From: Geosiphon pyriformis uo1
Taxonomy: Eukaryota > Fungi > Glomeromycota
Assembly: GCA_016748015.1 (NCBI GenBank)
Contig: JAAOMT010000503.1
Location: 211,669-275,668, forward strand
Length of the DNA: 64,000 nt
Direction of reading: 5' to 3'
Of this stretch, positions 28,044-41,360 are shown in pieces. Position numbers and translations under genes: made by a program. Every line of letters begins with the position of its first letter. Positions within the stretch are counted from its first letter, which is position 1. The notes under the pieces were generated by a model. The model was not told where the DNA came from. It saw only the letters and a list, made by a program, of their open reading frames with translations, and did not search any database.

Positions 28044-31000
28044 ATGAGCTATCGACAGCAGCAACACCAACAACAACACCAACAACACCAACAACAACAA
28101 CAACAACAAGAAGATTATTTTGATCACTTAATATCTCAGAATAATAGTCGTGCACCTTCACAAGGGGTTGAAGGTTATAACATGACGTCTAATAATCCTT
28201 TCAACCCTTTGGCCTCCTCTTTTAACTTAAATTTTGATGCTCCTTCAGTATTTACAAGCGGGGGGTTGTAAGTAGCAATTTTCAAAATTTCTCACTTTCT
28301 TCATAAAAATATCTCTTTTAACTGGTTTTTTTTTGGTTTTTTTTTAATGGATTAGGAGAGGAAACTCTTCGGATTCCTCAACTCAACATTCAGCAAATGT
28401 ATTAAGTAAACAGGCTGAAACTCAATCTTCGATACAATCTTCCCCCTATGATATTGCCAATATACCTTCCTCCATGGATCCATTATTTAATTTAGGTGGT
28501 GTGATTGGAGGTGGAGTTGCTTCTATGGGTTCCGGAAGTGGTTCAAGTATGACCGGCCCATCCAGTAATCTTAATTCCATGTTACCAACTTTAGGACCCA
28601 TGCCTTCAATTTCAGGACCATCAGGTTAATAAAAGTGTATTTATTAGATTATATCAAAGATCACCTCATTTGTGATTCATCACCCCGTGATTTTTACCTT
28701 TAAAATCATCAAAATATTTGGTCCGAGTTATCTATCTCACCTGAATTATTGGATTATTCCACGTCTTTTTGCTGACATTTCTAGGAAGTTCTGGCCCTGG
28801 GGTTTCTACCAATTTTCCCGGACTATACTCTAGTACTGGATTTGATATGTTGGGAGTTTTGGTGAGCCATCTAATTTCGATCTAAGAATAAAAGGATTTT
28901 GATACCATCAAAAAATCTTATCAATTTTTACATGTTTCTCCAACATCTTAGGCTCGAGTGGCGGCAAGGTAGCTTCTGATCTCCCAAAAAAAGATATACA
29001 TCACTAGACAATATGACTTATCAACTTAATTCGTAAAATCTCTAATTTTAATTATCTACATGCAGGCCAAATCCACAGATCAATATCGGACCTGTAGATA
29101 TGAGTTGCTCATTTTTAGTTGGTAAGTTTCAGTCGTTTTATGAATTTCTAATTTCGCTATATGTTTACCTATCCTATCCTATCCTATCCTATCCTATCCT
29201 ATCTTATCTTATCCTATCTTATCTTATCCTATCCTATCCTATCCTATAATTTCTTCTTTTCATTTGTTAATTTCTTATAGTGGATGCTCGAAAATACGAT
29301 TATCCGATTGTTTATGCCAGTCATACATTTGAGAAGTTGACCGGATATTCCAATTCGGAAATAATTGGTCGTAATTGTCGATTTTTACAAGCCCCAGATG
29401 GACATGTTGCTCTTGGATCCCGTCGTCGTTACACAGACAACAATGCTGTCTATCATATCAAAAGCCATATGATCTCGGGTAAAGAATGTCAAGCATCCAT
29501 AATTAATTACAGGAAGGGTGGTCAGGTAATTTCTCTCATGTTCTCAATGAGCTTATCCTGTGAATCATATAAATGTTTATTAACACAAATTCCTTATATT
29601 AGCCATTTATAAATTTGGTCACCGTCATACCCATAACTTGGGACTCCGAAGAGATCGCTTATTTTGTCGGCTTCCAAGTGGTACGTGACGACATTTTCAA
29701 ATTTTAGATTTCCTCTAGATTGTGTGTGTGTGTGTGCGTGTGCGTGTATCTTCGATCAATATGATTGGGTAGTGGGGCTGATTGGTTTGAATTCTCTTAC
29801 TATTAATTATAAATCAAATTTACCATTACAAACGACAAAAAATTAACATTAGATTTAGAAAAGCTCGCCTAAAATTTATGGCTTTCATCATTAATAGATT
29901 TTATAATATTATAGAAAAAAATTTATTTTTTACAAACTATGATTTTCTTGATGTCGTGTTTTCCACCTTTCTATTTTTATGATGTGAGAGTATCGAAACC
30001 TTCATGCCAGAAAATTTGGTCTTGATCCGAGTTTCACCAAACCCTTTTTCACCTTCACTAATCCGATTTCATGTTAAACTAAAAAGGATTTGGTTGAACA
30101 ACCGAACGCCATACTGGAAAAAATGAAAGATGGAACCTATGTTGTAAATTATCAGCTTATGAACCTTCCAACTTACATTCCTCCAACCTCTTTTCTGGGC
30201 CCCGACGCAAGTGTGGATGAATATTTTCGTGAAATGTCAGCAGTGATGCCTTTCCCGGCATCACCAGAGGTTTTTGACTTGATTGGCGGCAATGCAGACA
30301 CGGAAGTTAGCAAAAGATTATGGAATAAAATGCTGCTCGAGCATTCAGATGATTTCATTCATGTTCTCTCCCTGAAAGGCATTTTCCTTTATTGTTCCCC
30401 GAGCTCTCGAAGAATGTTGGAATATGAACCTGACGAACTAGTAGGTAAAAGCCTGTCAACAATATGCCATCCATCAGACATTGTCCCAGTGATGCGTGAA
30501 CTGAAAGAATCTTCAAACGGCGTTGAGGCGGTGAATTTGGTTTATCGAATCCGACGCAAGAACACTGGCTACATGTGGCTTGAAGCACATGGAAAATTGC
30601 ATTTAGAGCAAGGGAAAGGACGAAAATGTGTAATATTATCAGCAAGGGAACGACCTGTTTACAAGTTGATGTGGAAAGATCTTCAGATAAATGGGGGAAT
30701 TTCTGACCATGAATTTTGGGCGAAAATCTCGCTTGATGGTCTATATCTTTACGCTTCTTCAGCTTGTCAATCAACATTAGGTTATACACCTGAAGAATTA
30801 GTCGGAACATCTTTGTATCATTTGGTTAGATCAGACCGTACTACTGATATAACTAGAGCTTTGAGTGAAGCTCGAATAGGAGTCTCGGTCAATTTAAAAC
30901 ATACCATCCACAAAAAGAATGGACAATATGTCGATGTTGTATCGACTTTTTATCCTGGAGACTCTGGTCCCAATCAAAAACCCTCTTTTGTCATATGTCA

Positions 31001-31806
31001 ATCAAAAGAAGTTATTCCAGAGCCTCGTCGTCGTTCCTCATCTGCAGCCACAACACCCAATACACAAACTTCCCCGATCACATCATCAGGGTCACCAGAT
31101 GGTTCTTCCAGTTTCTCAAGTTCATCGGGCGGCTCAACTCCTACTCAATCAGTACATTTACGTAACGTATCAATTGAACATGCGGATTCTGATAATATTT
31201 TTGAAGAATTGGATACAACACGAAGCACCAGCTGGCAGTATGAATTACATCAAATGCGATTAACCAACAAGAAGCTTCGAGAAGAACTTGAAGCAATCAG
31301 GCATTCAAAGAAGAAGCGGGTATATATCCAAATTATTAATATTTTCATCAAGAATTTCTTGGGTTTTTTTCAAACCTGGTTACTTTTTATTTTTCTTTAC
31401 GGCTGATCGCTCTTTTTTCTTTGAAAATAATCTCCTAGAAGAAGCGCAGTGCATCATCTTCAAATAAGGTATGTGCTAATTGCCAACGCAAAGACTCGCC
31501 CGAATGGCGCAAAGGACCCGATGGTCCGAAATCCCTTTGTAACGCGTGTGGCTTACGTACGTAGTCCGCCGTGGCTATTATCTATTCTACTAATTCAAAT
31601 AATATTCATGATTGGAAATGATTCCTTGTTTCCCAACACGTGAAATAACCAAATTCCTTATATGCCCTACCTTCCATATATCTATTCGCTCAAATGCCTT
31701 TTATCTTTTTTTTTTTAATCACATCAATATAGGGTATGCCAAGCAAGTAGGCAGCGGAGGAAGCAGTAACGGAACCCCTTCTGTCTCATCGCCTAGTGGC
31801 AAATGA
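28044..31806 (+). CDS. wc-1: White Collar-1 blue-light photoreceptor/transcription factor (polyQ - LOV - PAS - PAS - GATA zinc finger), ~796 aa
   Basis: 10 exons: 28044-28267, 28356-28624, 28785-28861, 28952-28968, 29066-29121, 29281-29525, 29603-29680, 30087-31319, 31439-31556, 31733-31806. N-cap [42 protein letters not shown], two PAS domains, basic KKKRKKR, finger CANC-X18-CNACGLRY. Confidence 0.96.
29168..29246. repeat. (CTATC/CTTAT)n pentanucleotide microsatellite in a wc-1 intron within the LOV-coding region
   Basis: Seen directly. Confidence 0.95.
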
Positions 31807-32599
31807 TTCCCAGATGGCAAAAAACTTTCTCTCGTCACCAGCACACTATACTATACGCTTTGGCAACTGAATGCACGTTTCCCGGCTATAGCTCTTCCAC
31901 CTTGGCCAAATTATTTATGTAAGATGGGAATATATTCACCAATTCACCCATTTTTCATCTTCTGGCTATCCGGCATAGCCGTAATGTATTATATCCGTTT
32001 ATTATTATCACTATACCTTACAGTCAGAAAGAGACATACATAAATATTATGAGCATGTGGATGGTGTGTGATTTGTTATGGTGAACTATAATTTTCGCAT
32101 CTTTTAAAAACTTATTTTCCTTTTTCCCTTGAATCAATTTACACCGCATCCCAATTACCGACTATACTTTTAAATACCCCTAATTTTGTACAGTTTTTCT
32201 ATTTACATTAGCGATGTTCATTTTGATCATTTCTACGCATTTAAAAAAATTCCATTTCACCAATTAAAATAGTTCTCAGTATCTTGAAATTATCCCAAGT
32301 AGTCGGCTCAAATTCTCGCTATTGTCTATACGCTAAAATAATATTAATGTCTCGCTGAATAGAATATATTAAAGCCAAAGAGCTCCATGAAGAATGATAT
32401 TCTGAGATTGGAAAATTTGACTGATCGAGAATATGATAAATTGAGATTACGCTATCATGTTCCAAAGAAATCGGCCTGTTTGTAAGTGCAGCTTTCTTGC
32501 AATCGCCTCAATAAAAATTATATCAATCTAATCCTACAGTTTGAAAATCCACCATTCAAAGAATTGAGTGTAAATGTCGATTTATTTTAAATTATATGT

Positions 32600-34914
32600 T
32601 TATATATTTGGTTTTCTTTTAACCATTTTATTTGGAGTACCGAAAGTGCTTGGGCGACGAATCTCGTCCCGTGGAGGAGAAAGAGCTAAAGTGTCCTCGC
32701 ATGATTTTTCGAGGGCCTGTAATGGATTTTCATCATCGTTTTGGTTCATCATTTCAATCACATTGCTGACGATTTTCTGTTCAGGAAAAACTTTTTTTAC
32801 TATAATAAATATATTTCCACAACCTTAATAATCATATTTGCTTGTACACAAACCTTTGCCTTCCATGCAAGCATTATGGTAGGAAGAACTGCTGTACCAA
32901 ACTCATCAATAGTTGATGGAATGGTCAGCATTTTAGAGTGAGAAATTCTACCAATATACCCTGTTGGAGAGTCAAATCTGAGCAGAAGCAGGGAAAGTCC
33001 TATAAAATTGATTGAGAAAGTCTGGTGAACAAAATAATAATAATAATAATAATAACTATATATAGAGCACAACATACCTGCATATATGAAGCCAACAATT
33101 TCAAGTTTTCTGACTTTTTTTTCTTTCAAGTCCATGGGAATACATAAATCATCAAATTGGTCTTTCATCATCTTTGGTGTTTTCAGTCCCCTTGTAAAAT
33201 TTTTGTATCATTATAATCTGTATACAAGTTACCCGCTTCCCCACATTCATATTCTTTAGACATGCAACGAATAATTAAGTCTCCCTGTCTGCCAATGGTT
33301 TTCCTTGGCATTGAGTTCACAGGTGCAACGTTTCGATTTCTATTTTTTCTAGACGATGATACAAGACTACAAGATTCTCTCCTATTCACAAAATGGTCAG
33401 TGTTAATGACTAAATTCTATAAATAACAGATATAATAACCTGTCTTACCTTATTACTCGAACACCCTCTATGTTTTCAACAACTCGGTCTATAAACAACC
33501 ATACATGTGACAGCAACCATGCCTCTGTGTGATCCTCTCTTTTTAGGCTATCTGCTTCGTATTCGCGAAGCCTACATGAAAAAGACAGCATGATTAATAT
33601 TCAATGTCTTCCTTTTAAATAGAAAAGAAAATTTGCACCTACAGATTATCAATATTGTTCCTTATCCAATCCCGATCAAAGTCCTTTTGTCGATTGTATG
33701 GTGATTTCCATGGCTCCGATCTAAAAACTTGTGTTCTGAGGTCGGAAATTGTGGTCTATTCAAATGAAGAAATGTTAAAAACTCTTTTATGAACAATGAA
33801 CGAAGCACATAAGAACATGAAAATACGTGCCAATTGATAACTACTAAGATATTCTAGCAAATCTTGGGGCGTATTCTGAAATGGTTTTGGTTTGTAAGCA
33901 CGAATTTCCTTAAGTTCAGTTTCGGTAAAGACCTTTTCTTTGATGAAATTTCTGTAATCTGGATCAATAATGAAGGAATGACAGAAACTTTTGACATGTT
34001 AATGGCTTAATTTAAAAAATCAATAACCTGATTCAAAAACAACAAGGTATTACTGTTCATAACGGCATCTCATGCTAAACTTATACAATTCATCCTCGAC
34101 AACTTTTTGAGACGCCAAGACCCATTTTTTGTTATTTTCCATTTTTTGGAATTCCTCTGTAAACCTATTAAAATCCATATTCGACATTTGCACTTTCTCA
34201 ACTCTATCATCGTCTGTCACCAAATCCGATGTTTCTTGTGGATTACTTTGCTGGACACTATTGGAACTTCTGACTAGAGAACTAGAGCTTTCTATTTGCA
34301 CTTTATTCTGTTTTATCCTCTGCTGAATTTAGCATAAATGCCTTTTAATATTAATCATGAATTTTCTAACCAGAAAATTTATCTAGGGAAACATACCTTC
34401 TTACTCTCCATATAATCTGAATCCGTTTCACTTTCTGATGTTGAAGTCGGAATTTCTGCATATGATACTGCCTTTCTCTTTCTAAGCCCCTTACTTGTTG
34501 TCAATAATGGATCTGCTTTATCTGACACAGTTCCAGCTATAAAGTTTCCATCGTAGATATTTCCGCTGTTTTTTATCTCCATAAATGAAGGTTTGTGGAG
34601 ATGCACTTGCTTAGATTGACTGTTCTTTTCCCATATTTTTGCTGATTATATGATGAGGTCGTAAACCCTTGAATGAAAGATTCGGACAATTAGCACTATT
34701 CACAAATTAACATATCTTTTTATTTCTCATCCCATCTGAACATCAGTCAAACGAAAAGTTTACCTGTGCCAGATGGGTCCAGTGTTGGATCATTGAGAAG
34801 ATTTGAACACCAACCAAACGAAGAGTTTGCCTGTGCCCCAACATTAGTTTGTGGCTCGACGAAAAGTCTTGAATGCAACGAAACGATAAGTTTCCCTGCA
34901 CGCCACTTAATCAT
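32600..34914 (-). pseudogene. Frameshifted member of an expanded fungal protein family with a PD-(D/E)XK-like (Crinkler REase-like) C-terminal domain
   Basis: Spliced exons give HFCHSFIIDP, DFDRDWIRN, LREYEADSLKREDHTEAWLLSHVW, RESCS..SSRKN, GRQGDLIIR..EYECGEAG, then a frameshift near 33190 before GLKTPKMMKD. Stop at 32600-32602. 5' end uncertain. Family assignment is from recall. Confidence 0.6.
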
Positions 34915-35414
34915 GTTTTTAACAAAAAAAAAGTTTTCTTGCCTCTATAGCGATTCAGAAGAGATTTTGCCTTTTCTTGTCGTCTTCCTTCTTCGTTATC
35001 CATTATGTGCACAAGGCTTTTTCAATTGTTTTACTTCTTTATAGCAAGTTTCTATTCCTATATTGAAATTAACTTTTACCATCACACTAATTTGCACTGT
35101 CAGTTTTTTAACGCGTAAAACACATTTGTGTTACACGAAAATCAGTCAGATAATCAGAGTAGTACAATCCTCAAAAATAAAAATTTTCTGATGAAACGAA
35201 AAAAGTTGAGTGTATTAATACCAGATGGGTACGTTAAATTGCGAGTCAACATCATATTTATTCACTATCTTGTTGGTTCTTGAGGCAAGAACCGGGACAA
35301 GCTATAGATATATTCACTAAATACAGGCTATCTTTAAAGCTAAAAAATTTTGCTTTGAAGGATACTCGTTACATAAAATGTTCATTAAAAACCAAGTTTT
35401 GTGAGGGTGCGGCT

Positions 35415-38400
35415 TTATTGAGGCTCAAGGTACAAGTCAATGACTTTTTCTACCCTCCCATTATGTTCGAGCAAAAATTTAATGTTGGAAGGACGATCAG
35501 TGAATCCCTGAGGAGGTAAAATGTAAGAAAAGTTATGCAACATTGTTCTTGATTGAACTCAATTTCTTATACTCTAATTTATACTTGCCATTTCAGATAA
35601 CACTTCTAATTCATCTAAAAACCTGAAGTCTTCAGGCTGTTTATCTTTTGAATTTTGATCGTCAATAATTTGAACGTTCTCGATGACGGAAGCAATTGGT
35701 CTCACCTGAGATTGGGTAAGAAGTTCATTTGCTTCTACATTCGAAAGAAGCAATTTTCCACTAAATAGATCTTGGCCGTCATGATCAAAGTCATTTTCTA
35801 CTACAATAAAATCTTGACTAGACGAGGAATCCGAGATAAAAGAATCAGTTTCGCAGTTTGAGTCTACATCGTTCATATTTGAAACTAATTCCAACTCTTG
35901 TCGAGTAGCTTCCTCTGGTTCGTTCTTCAAAGTTTCATGCTGTGAAGAGGCCGGATCCTTGAATGGATCTTCTTCAGGATCCACAAGCCTTTCAATGTCG
36001 GACGTGCGAATCGATGTTTGATGTGAGGCGGGAATAGAAGGAACTGTGGATTCCATAGATATCGATCTTTGATCAGCAGAGGCAGATCTCCGACCCAAAG
36101 TCAAAACGGGGAAGATCATTGATGAGGAGGACATGCTGGAGGATTGGTCAGCAATTTCTACAATGATATCGCACCAAACACGATGCCCGAAGCGACGACC
36201 TTCGCCGTCTGTCAACCGCCAATACCTGTGTAATTAAGGGAGTATGAAACAGGAAAACCTAGGAAACTATTCAATTAAAATAAAATATTTCAAAATCGCT
36301 CTTACGAAACATAGCGGCCGGGTTCTGCAGGAGCTTGAAGATCTGCGGCAATGCAAATTGATTTGCTGGGCTCAACAGCACCAACTGGAAATTTGGGGGC
36401 ATTATTTTCTTGACCAGGCGTCAAAAGGGTTTCGTTGAACATAACTTGGCCACCGACAAACTGTAAAACTGTAGTTTCGGGCCACTATTGAGGGAGTAAA
36501 TATGGATTAAAAAAATTAGAAATTAGAAATCTTACCAAGTACATAACGCTCGTCTCAAGACTTTTTCATCAATTGTGAACACATACGATTAGTTCCCCAT
36601 CATTTGTCATCTTCCATATTTTCAAGAACTGGGCCTGAGATGGCAACACAGTTCCATCAGGAACATTAACGTCCTCGATAAAAGAAGCGCGAAGAACAGG
36701 AACAGCTGGTTTTGATTCTGATTTTTCCACTTTAAGGGGATCATTTGGATTACAAGAATAATTTAAGAGGTCTGGAATTGAGGATGTTGATGTGGATACG
36801 GAAGGAGAGGGAAGTTTTGGACAGACAACTAGAGGGAGAGCCGACGATTTTTCATCTGGAGCATGTTGGGTGTCGCTCCGAGTTTTCTCAATAGATTCCC
36901 TAGAAAGGAGGAATTATAAAAAACGGACAACAAGGTCAATACACTTAAGAAAAAACGCTATTTGAAGAGTTCTGAAGTTTATTACTTAATGACTGAATCA
37001 TTCAGAACTTGAAATGATTTGGTTTCAGAGGTGCAATCATCGGGGACTGATTGGCTTTCCTGTTTCAAAGAGGTTGAGACTTCCTCTCCATTATTATTGT
37101 TCCTAGAAACATGCTGAAGATTTGTTGCAACGGATGAGATGTTGCCACAGCAGACCTTTGGTCTGGATACCTTTGTCTCGCTACGGGGGTTGTAGAAATC
37201 TGGAAGGAGTGGTTCGCGTGAAGAAAGGGGCTGGGTAACAGGTCGCTTGATTTTGATGAAGGCATGATTGTCATCATGCTTATTCAAAGGTGAAGCTTCA
37301 CAATTTCCACATAAATCGAAATCGGGACAATTTCCACACTAGGCAATTTTGAACATGGATCAAGTTAAAATGTTTTTCTTTTCAGATATCGAGGTTATTT
37401 CGAATAATGGCTCACCTTATATCTGACGCCGTTGATGGCCTTACTGCATCCATCACAACGAATACCTGGGTGAAAAGCAGCATCTAAACCAAGGATGGTT
37501 TGTTTAGGAGAAGGGGTTTTATAAAGCAGACAAGTGATCATCAACATACCAGGAATTTTTATCTCAGGCTCACCGGGCCGATGAACAGGCATAAAAGTGT
37601 GATTAGGATGTTGTACGGTGGCAAGGGCTTGTACGAAGGAAGAGAAAAAGTTGAGAAATAACTCCAATAAATTGGTCAACAAAATTTGATCGAATTTACT
37701 TACAAATACAATTGCTACAAAGATCAAAATCTGGACAATTAATACATTTATGCCGGATGCCAAATATGACGGATTCACAATAGTCACATATCGCGGAATG
37801 AAGATTTGAGGTGGCTAAAAAAATTTGAATCCTTATTAGAGTTACGCATCCATCACTACCAAACGAATTTGGGGCACCAATAGAGCATCTTAAACTTACG
37901 GAAACTTTGCGATGAGGATGAAGAGGGAAAGGGAATTTGACGAAATTCATGATTGGCCGGATGGCGATGAACACTTGGAGATTTTGATTTGCAAGCCTGA
38001 CATAAATCATAATTGGAACATGTCTGACATTTCCAACGCATCCCCTGAATTACTGAATAGCAACTATCACACATGACACCGTAATGAACCACCGGTTCTA
38101 TGTAAAAGAAAGAAGGAATGAAATGAGTAAAACATATGTACGGGTTTTCGGGTTAGTGGGACCGCAGTATAATTCAATGAGTCTTCCTATACCAGATGTT
38201 GCTGTCGTTGTTGTTGTTGAAGGGATTTTAGGAATCTGTTGTTTTTTGGTTTTAACAGGAGAATTTGGGGCAATGATATCACTTCCTGCACTGCTTTCGC
38301 CTTGAGTCTGCTGCGGCGGTTGTGGAGTTTGCTGCTGCGGCGAGTTTAGTGCAAGGCTGGAAAGACTCTGTGACAAGTCTCTTTCAATAGCGAAAATAGT

Positions 38401-38962
38401 TTGAACAACTTCTTTTAAATTTCTTAGGCCGTTATTGACAGCCTTTTCGAAGGAGCGGTCACCAGTTGATTCTTTAGTGGCAGTTACCTCTACCGAAGTT
38501 CTTGGTAACCTAATATCTATGACAATAGCAATATTTATCAAGCAATTGATTTCGATGAGAGGCTTCAGGAAGTAATATGATTACCTTCTGCGGCTTCTTG
38601 TTCTAGTGAAGTGGGTGTAAGCTCTTCCAGAAAAAGTCGCACGAGCTTCTGTTGATTTGAGTTAAAGCCTAGATGACTTATAGCTTCTTTTAGGTTAGCA
38701 TCGTTAGTAACAACCAGTGCGTCGCTGTCTTCGCCAGAATAGCGTATTTTGAAATGGCTCAGGTTGAATAACTCTGCTAACTGTCACACACGCATGTTAT
38801 AAAGGTGTTAGTGAGAGAGTGAGGGGAAAGGAGTATTTTTCCCAATCCCAAATAATACTTTACTTTTGAATAAAGAGCGTCATAAGTAAGTTCTGAATGT
38901 TTAAAAGGCAGTCTTCGTAATTCCGACTTGAAGGAAGCTTTGAAAATGACTTGGGGCTCCAT
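35415..38962 (-). CDS. NBR1: NBR1-like selective autophagy receptor (PB1 - 3x ZZ - FW - LIR - UBA), 12 exons
   Basis: N-terminal PB1 (VIFKASFKSELRRL..IRYSGEDSD). ZZ fingers CDSC..WKCQTCSNYDLC, CDYC..HKCINCPDFDLC, CDGC..YKCGNCPDFDLC. FW domain FIEDVNVPDG..KIWKMTNDG..WP..YWRL..FGHRVWCDI. LIR-like SQDFIVV. UBA completed by exon 35415-35507. Confidence 0.92.
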
Positions 38963-39348
38963 TAGCTCCGAGTGAGAATATAGGTATAAATAAATACAAA
39001 GTAGAAAGTTAGGGAGAAGGTGGGAATTTAAGGGAATATGAGAATTATTATTGTTTTAATTGTTAACTAAGAAAGCCCAAGTGCGCTTGTTGCCAAACAG
39101 CCCATTTTATAGAATGCGTGAAATTGTCAGGTGGGATGTAAATACGTGTATCATACGTAAACCGAGTTACAGGAATAAAACTCCGCGTCACCTCATCACC
39201 CACTCTATCAATCATTGGCTTGGTTGCCTTGACAAAGAAAAGCGCTGGATATCATTAGAATGTAATACCAAATTTATCAGCGTTTGCAAATGATAGATTA
39301 TTTAAATTAGCGGTTTGGATCTAACATTAGGATTTCCATATAATTATA

Positions 39349-41093
39349 TTAATGATGGGTCTTTGGTTCTTCCACATCTAAATGTATCATAACTTCTGTG
39401 ACATTCTTGCACTCATTTTTAATTGCATTCCGCACTCGCTCCTCGACTTGACGTGCCCTTGATACACTAATATCAGGAGGGACTTGAAGTACCATATCAA
39501 TCAAATTAAATGGACCAGATTTACGACCACGAATACTATGAAGATTTCTCACGTTAGGATCATTTTCCTATAAAAAAAAGATATTTCAAAAAGAATTATT
39601 ATGGTGGTGGTGGTGGTGGGATTGAAAAAGAAATTCATCAAAAATCCAAACCTTGAACTTTAAAACCGCATTTTCTACCTGTTGAATTATATCTTCTTCA
39701 ACTCGAGCATCCACCAATTCTTTCAATGATGAGATCATAATTTCAATTCCATTTTTCATAATCATTCCTGCAACTAGAATTCCACCCAGAGGGTCTAAAA
39801 ATGGGAAACCCAAGTAACTACCACCTATCGCACCTAGAGCGACTAAACTAGAAGCCGCATCACTTCGATGATGCCTAATGTTGAAACAATAACATAATGA
39901 ATTTTATCTTGGGGAAAGATGAAATTTAGAACTTTGAAATAAAATTTTACCATGCATTTGCCACCAATACATCCGATCTTGTTTCGAGGGCCACTTTTAA
40001 TGCTTGGGAATACAAGTTTAAAAGTATATTAAATCAATAATCTTTGAAATTATTTCGTCCGAGGTTAAGAGGATTAGTTACATCGCAAATACATACTCGA
40101 TCTATACAAAGCCTCTTTGATTAAAACTGATGCTGCAGCAAACCATGCAGCGTTCGGATTTAATTTAGATCCTTGATTTATTTCATTCGAGATATTAGCA
40201 GATAATTCAAAAATTTGATTAAGATGAACTGGCGTGTTTTGCGGGATCACATCCATCAAAATTTCATAAGAGTGATGTCCAATTCCAATAGCTCCCAAAA
40301 TAAGCAATGATGAAACTCCTAAAGAACCCACGGTTTCATATTTTCCTGTGAGAAATTGAGAAAAAAACACCTAATCAATTTTGTATATGTCTTTGAAATC
40401 ATAAATAATGCTTTATCTATTACCATAACCATAAGGATGTAATGAATCTGGAGGTTTTCTTGAAGCTCGAAAAGTGTATAAAGTAATAAAATCACTAATC
40501 AAGTCTAATAACAGAAAGATGTTAAGTATCGATTAAGTTAGGAATTATTTTGCAGATGGACTATATTTACCACTCAAGGAATGTCCAGCATCTGCTATTA
40601 ATGATGCAGAATTCATTAACCTAAACAGGAAATATTACCAAAAATAATTTAATAGGACTTCAAAACGAAGATACTCTTTAAAACAACATGATAAACCTCT
40701 CACCACCCTGCTATCCCTTTTGAAACAGTCAATCCAACATTTGCACCTAATCCAATTAATGTTATTCTTGTTCCACCGCTATCTTTCCAAAGAATGAAAT
40801 TATTAATAGTTAAAAATTCTCTAATGACGCATTAGGCGTTTCTTGCAAAAAGGCTGTAAACGAATACATTCAGGCTTTGATCTAATTCTTTACTTACGTA
40901 ATTCGGCCAAATCTAGATGAGTATGGTCCCCTTTCCCAGAAACATGTGTTCTATGCCATCTTTTTAGTGGGGTTCCAATAGGGAACTGTACTGAAAGTGT
41001 ACTACATCTTAGAGTGTTAAAACCATAGGTTAAATGAGGAGTCGGTGCTCTTAATTGACGCCAAGAAAGAAAAGGTTTGGAAAAGGGACGCAT
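39349..41093 (-). CDS. Mitochondrial cation diffusion facilitator (MMT1/MMT2-like metal transporter), 8 exons
   Basis: R/S/T-rich presequence-like N-terminus. ADAGHSLSDLISDF, HPYGYGKYE and NAWHHRSDA motifs, plus a C-terminal dimerisation domain ending VMIHLDVE. Confidence 0.9.
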
Positions 41094-41360
41094 TAGTAAC
41101 TCTAGGTTAAGTTAAGGCGGAGCGAATTTCTTTAATGAAGGGCAAAAAGGATGATTTTTCGATCAGCACGTGCCTACCCGACGTTCCTAGTCACACCACG
41201 CGGCGAAAAATTTCAAGTGTGAGAACTTTTCCCCGATTAATTGATTTATAAGCTTAGATCATCAATCAACAATTAGAATATATCAAAATCAATTCATACA
41301 TCACACTTATTCGTGTATTCAAAAAAAAATAGCCAGAACATTCTACTTTGGAAGAAAAAA
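41094..41360. promoter_or_regulatory. Compact bidirectional promoter region between the CDF transporter and EMC6
   Basis: Divergent ATGs separated by 267 bp. CpG-containing core with CACGTG and CACGCGGCG motifs. Confidence 0.6.
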
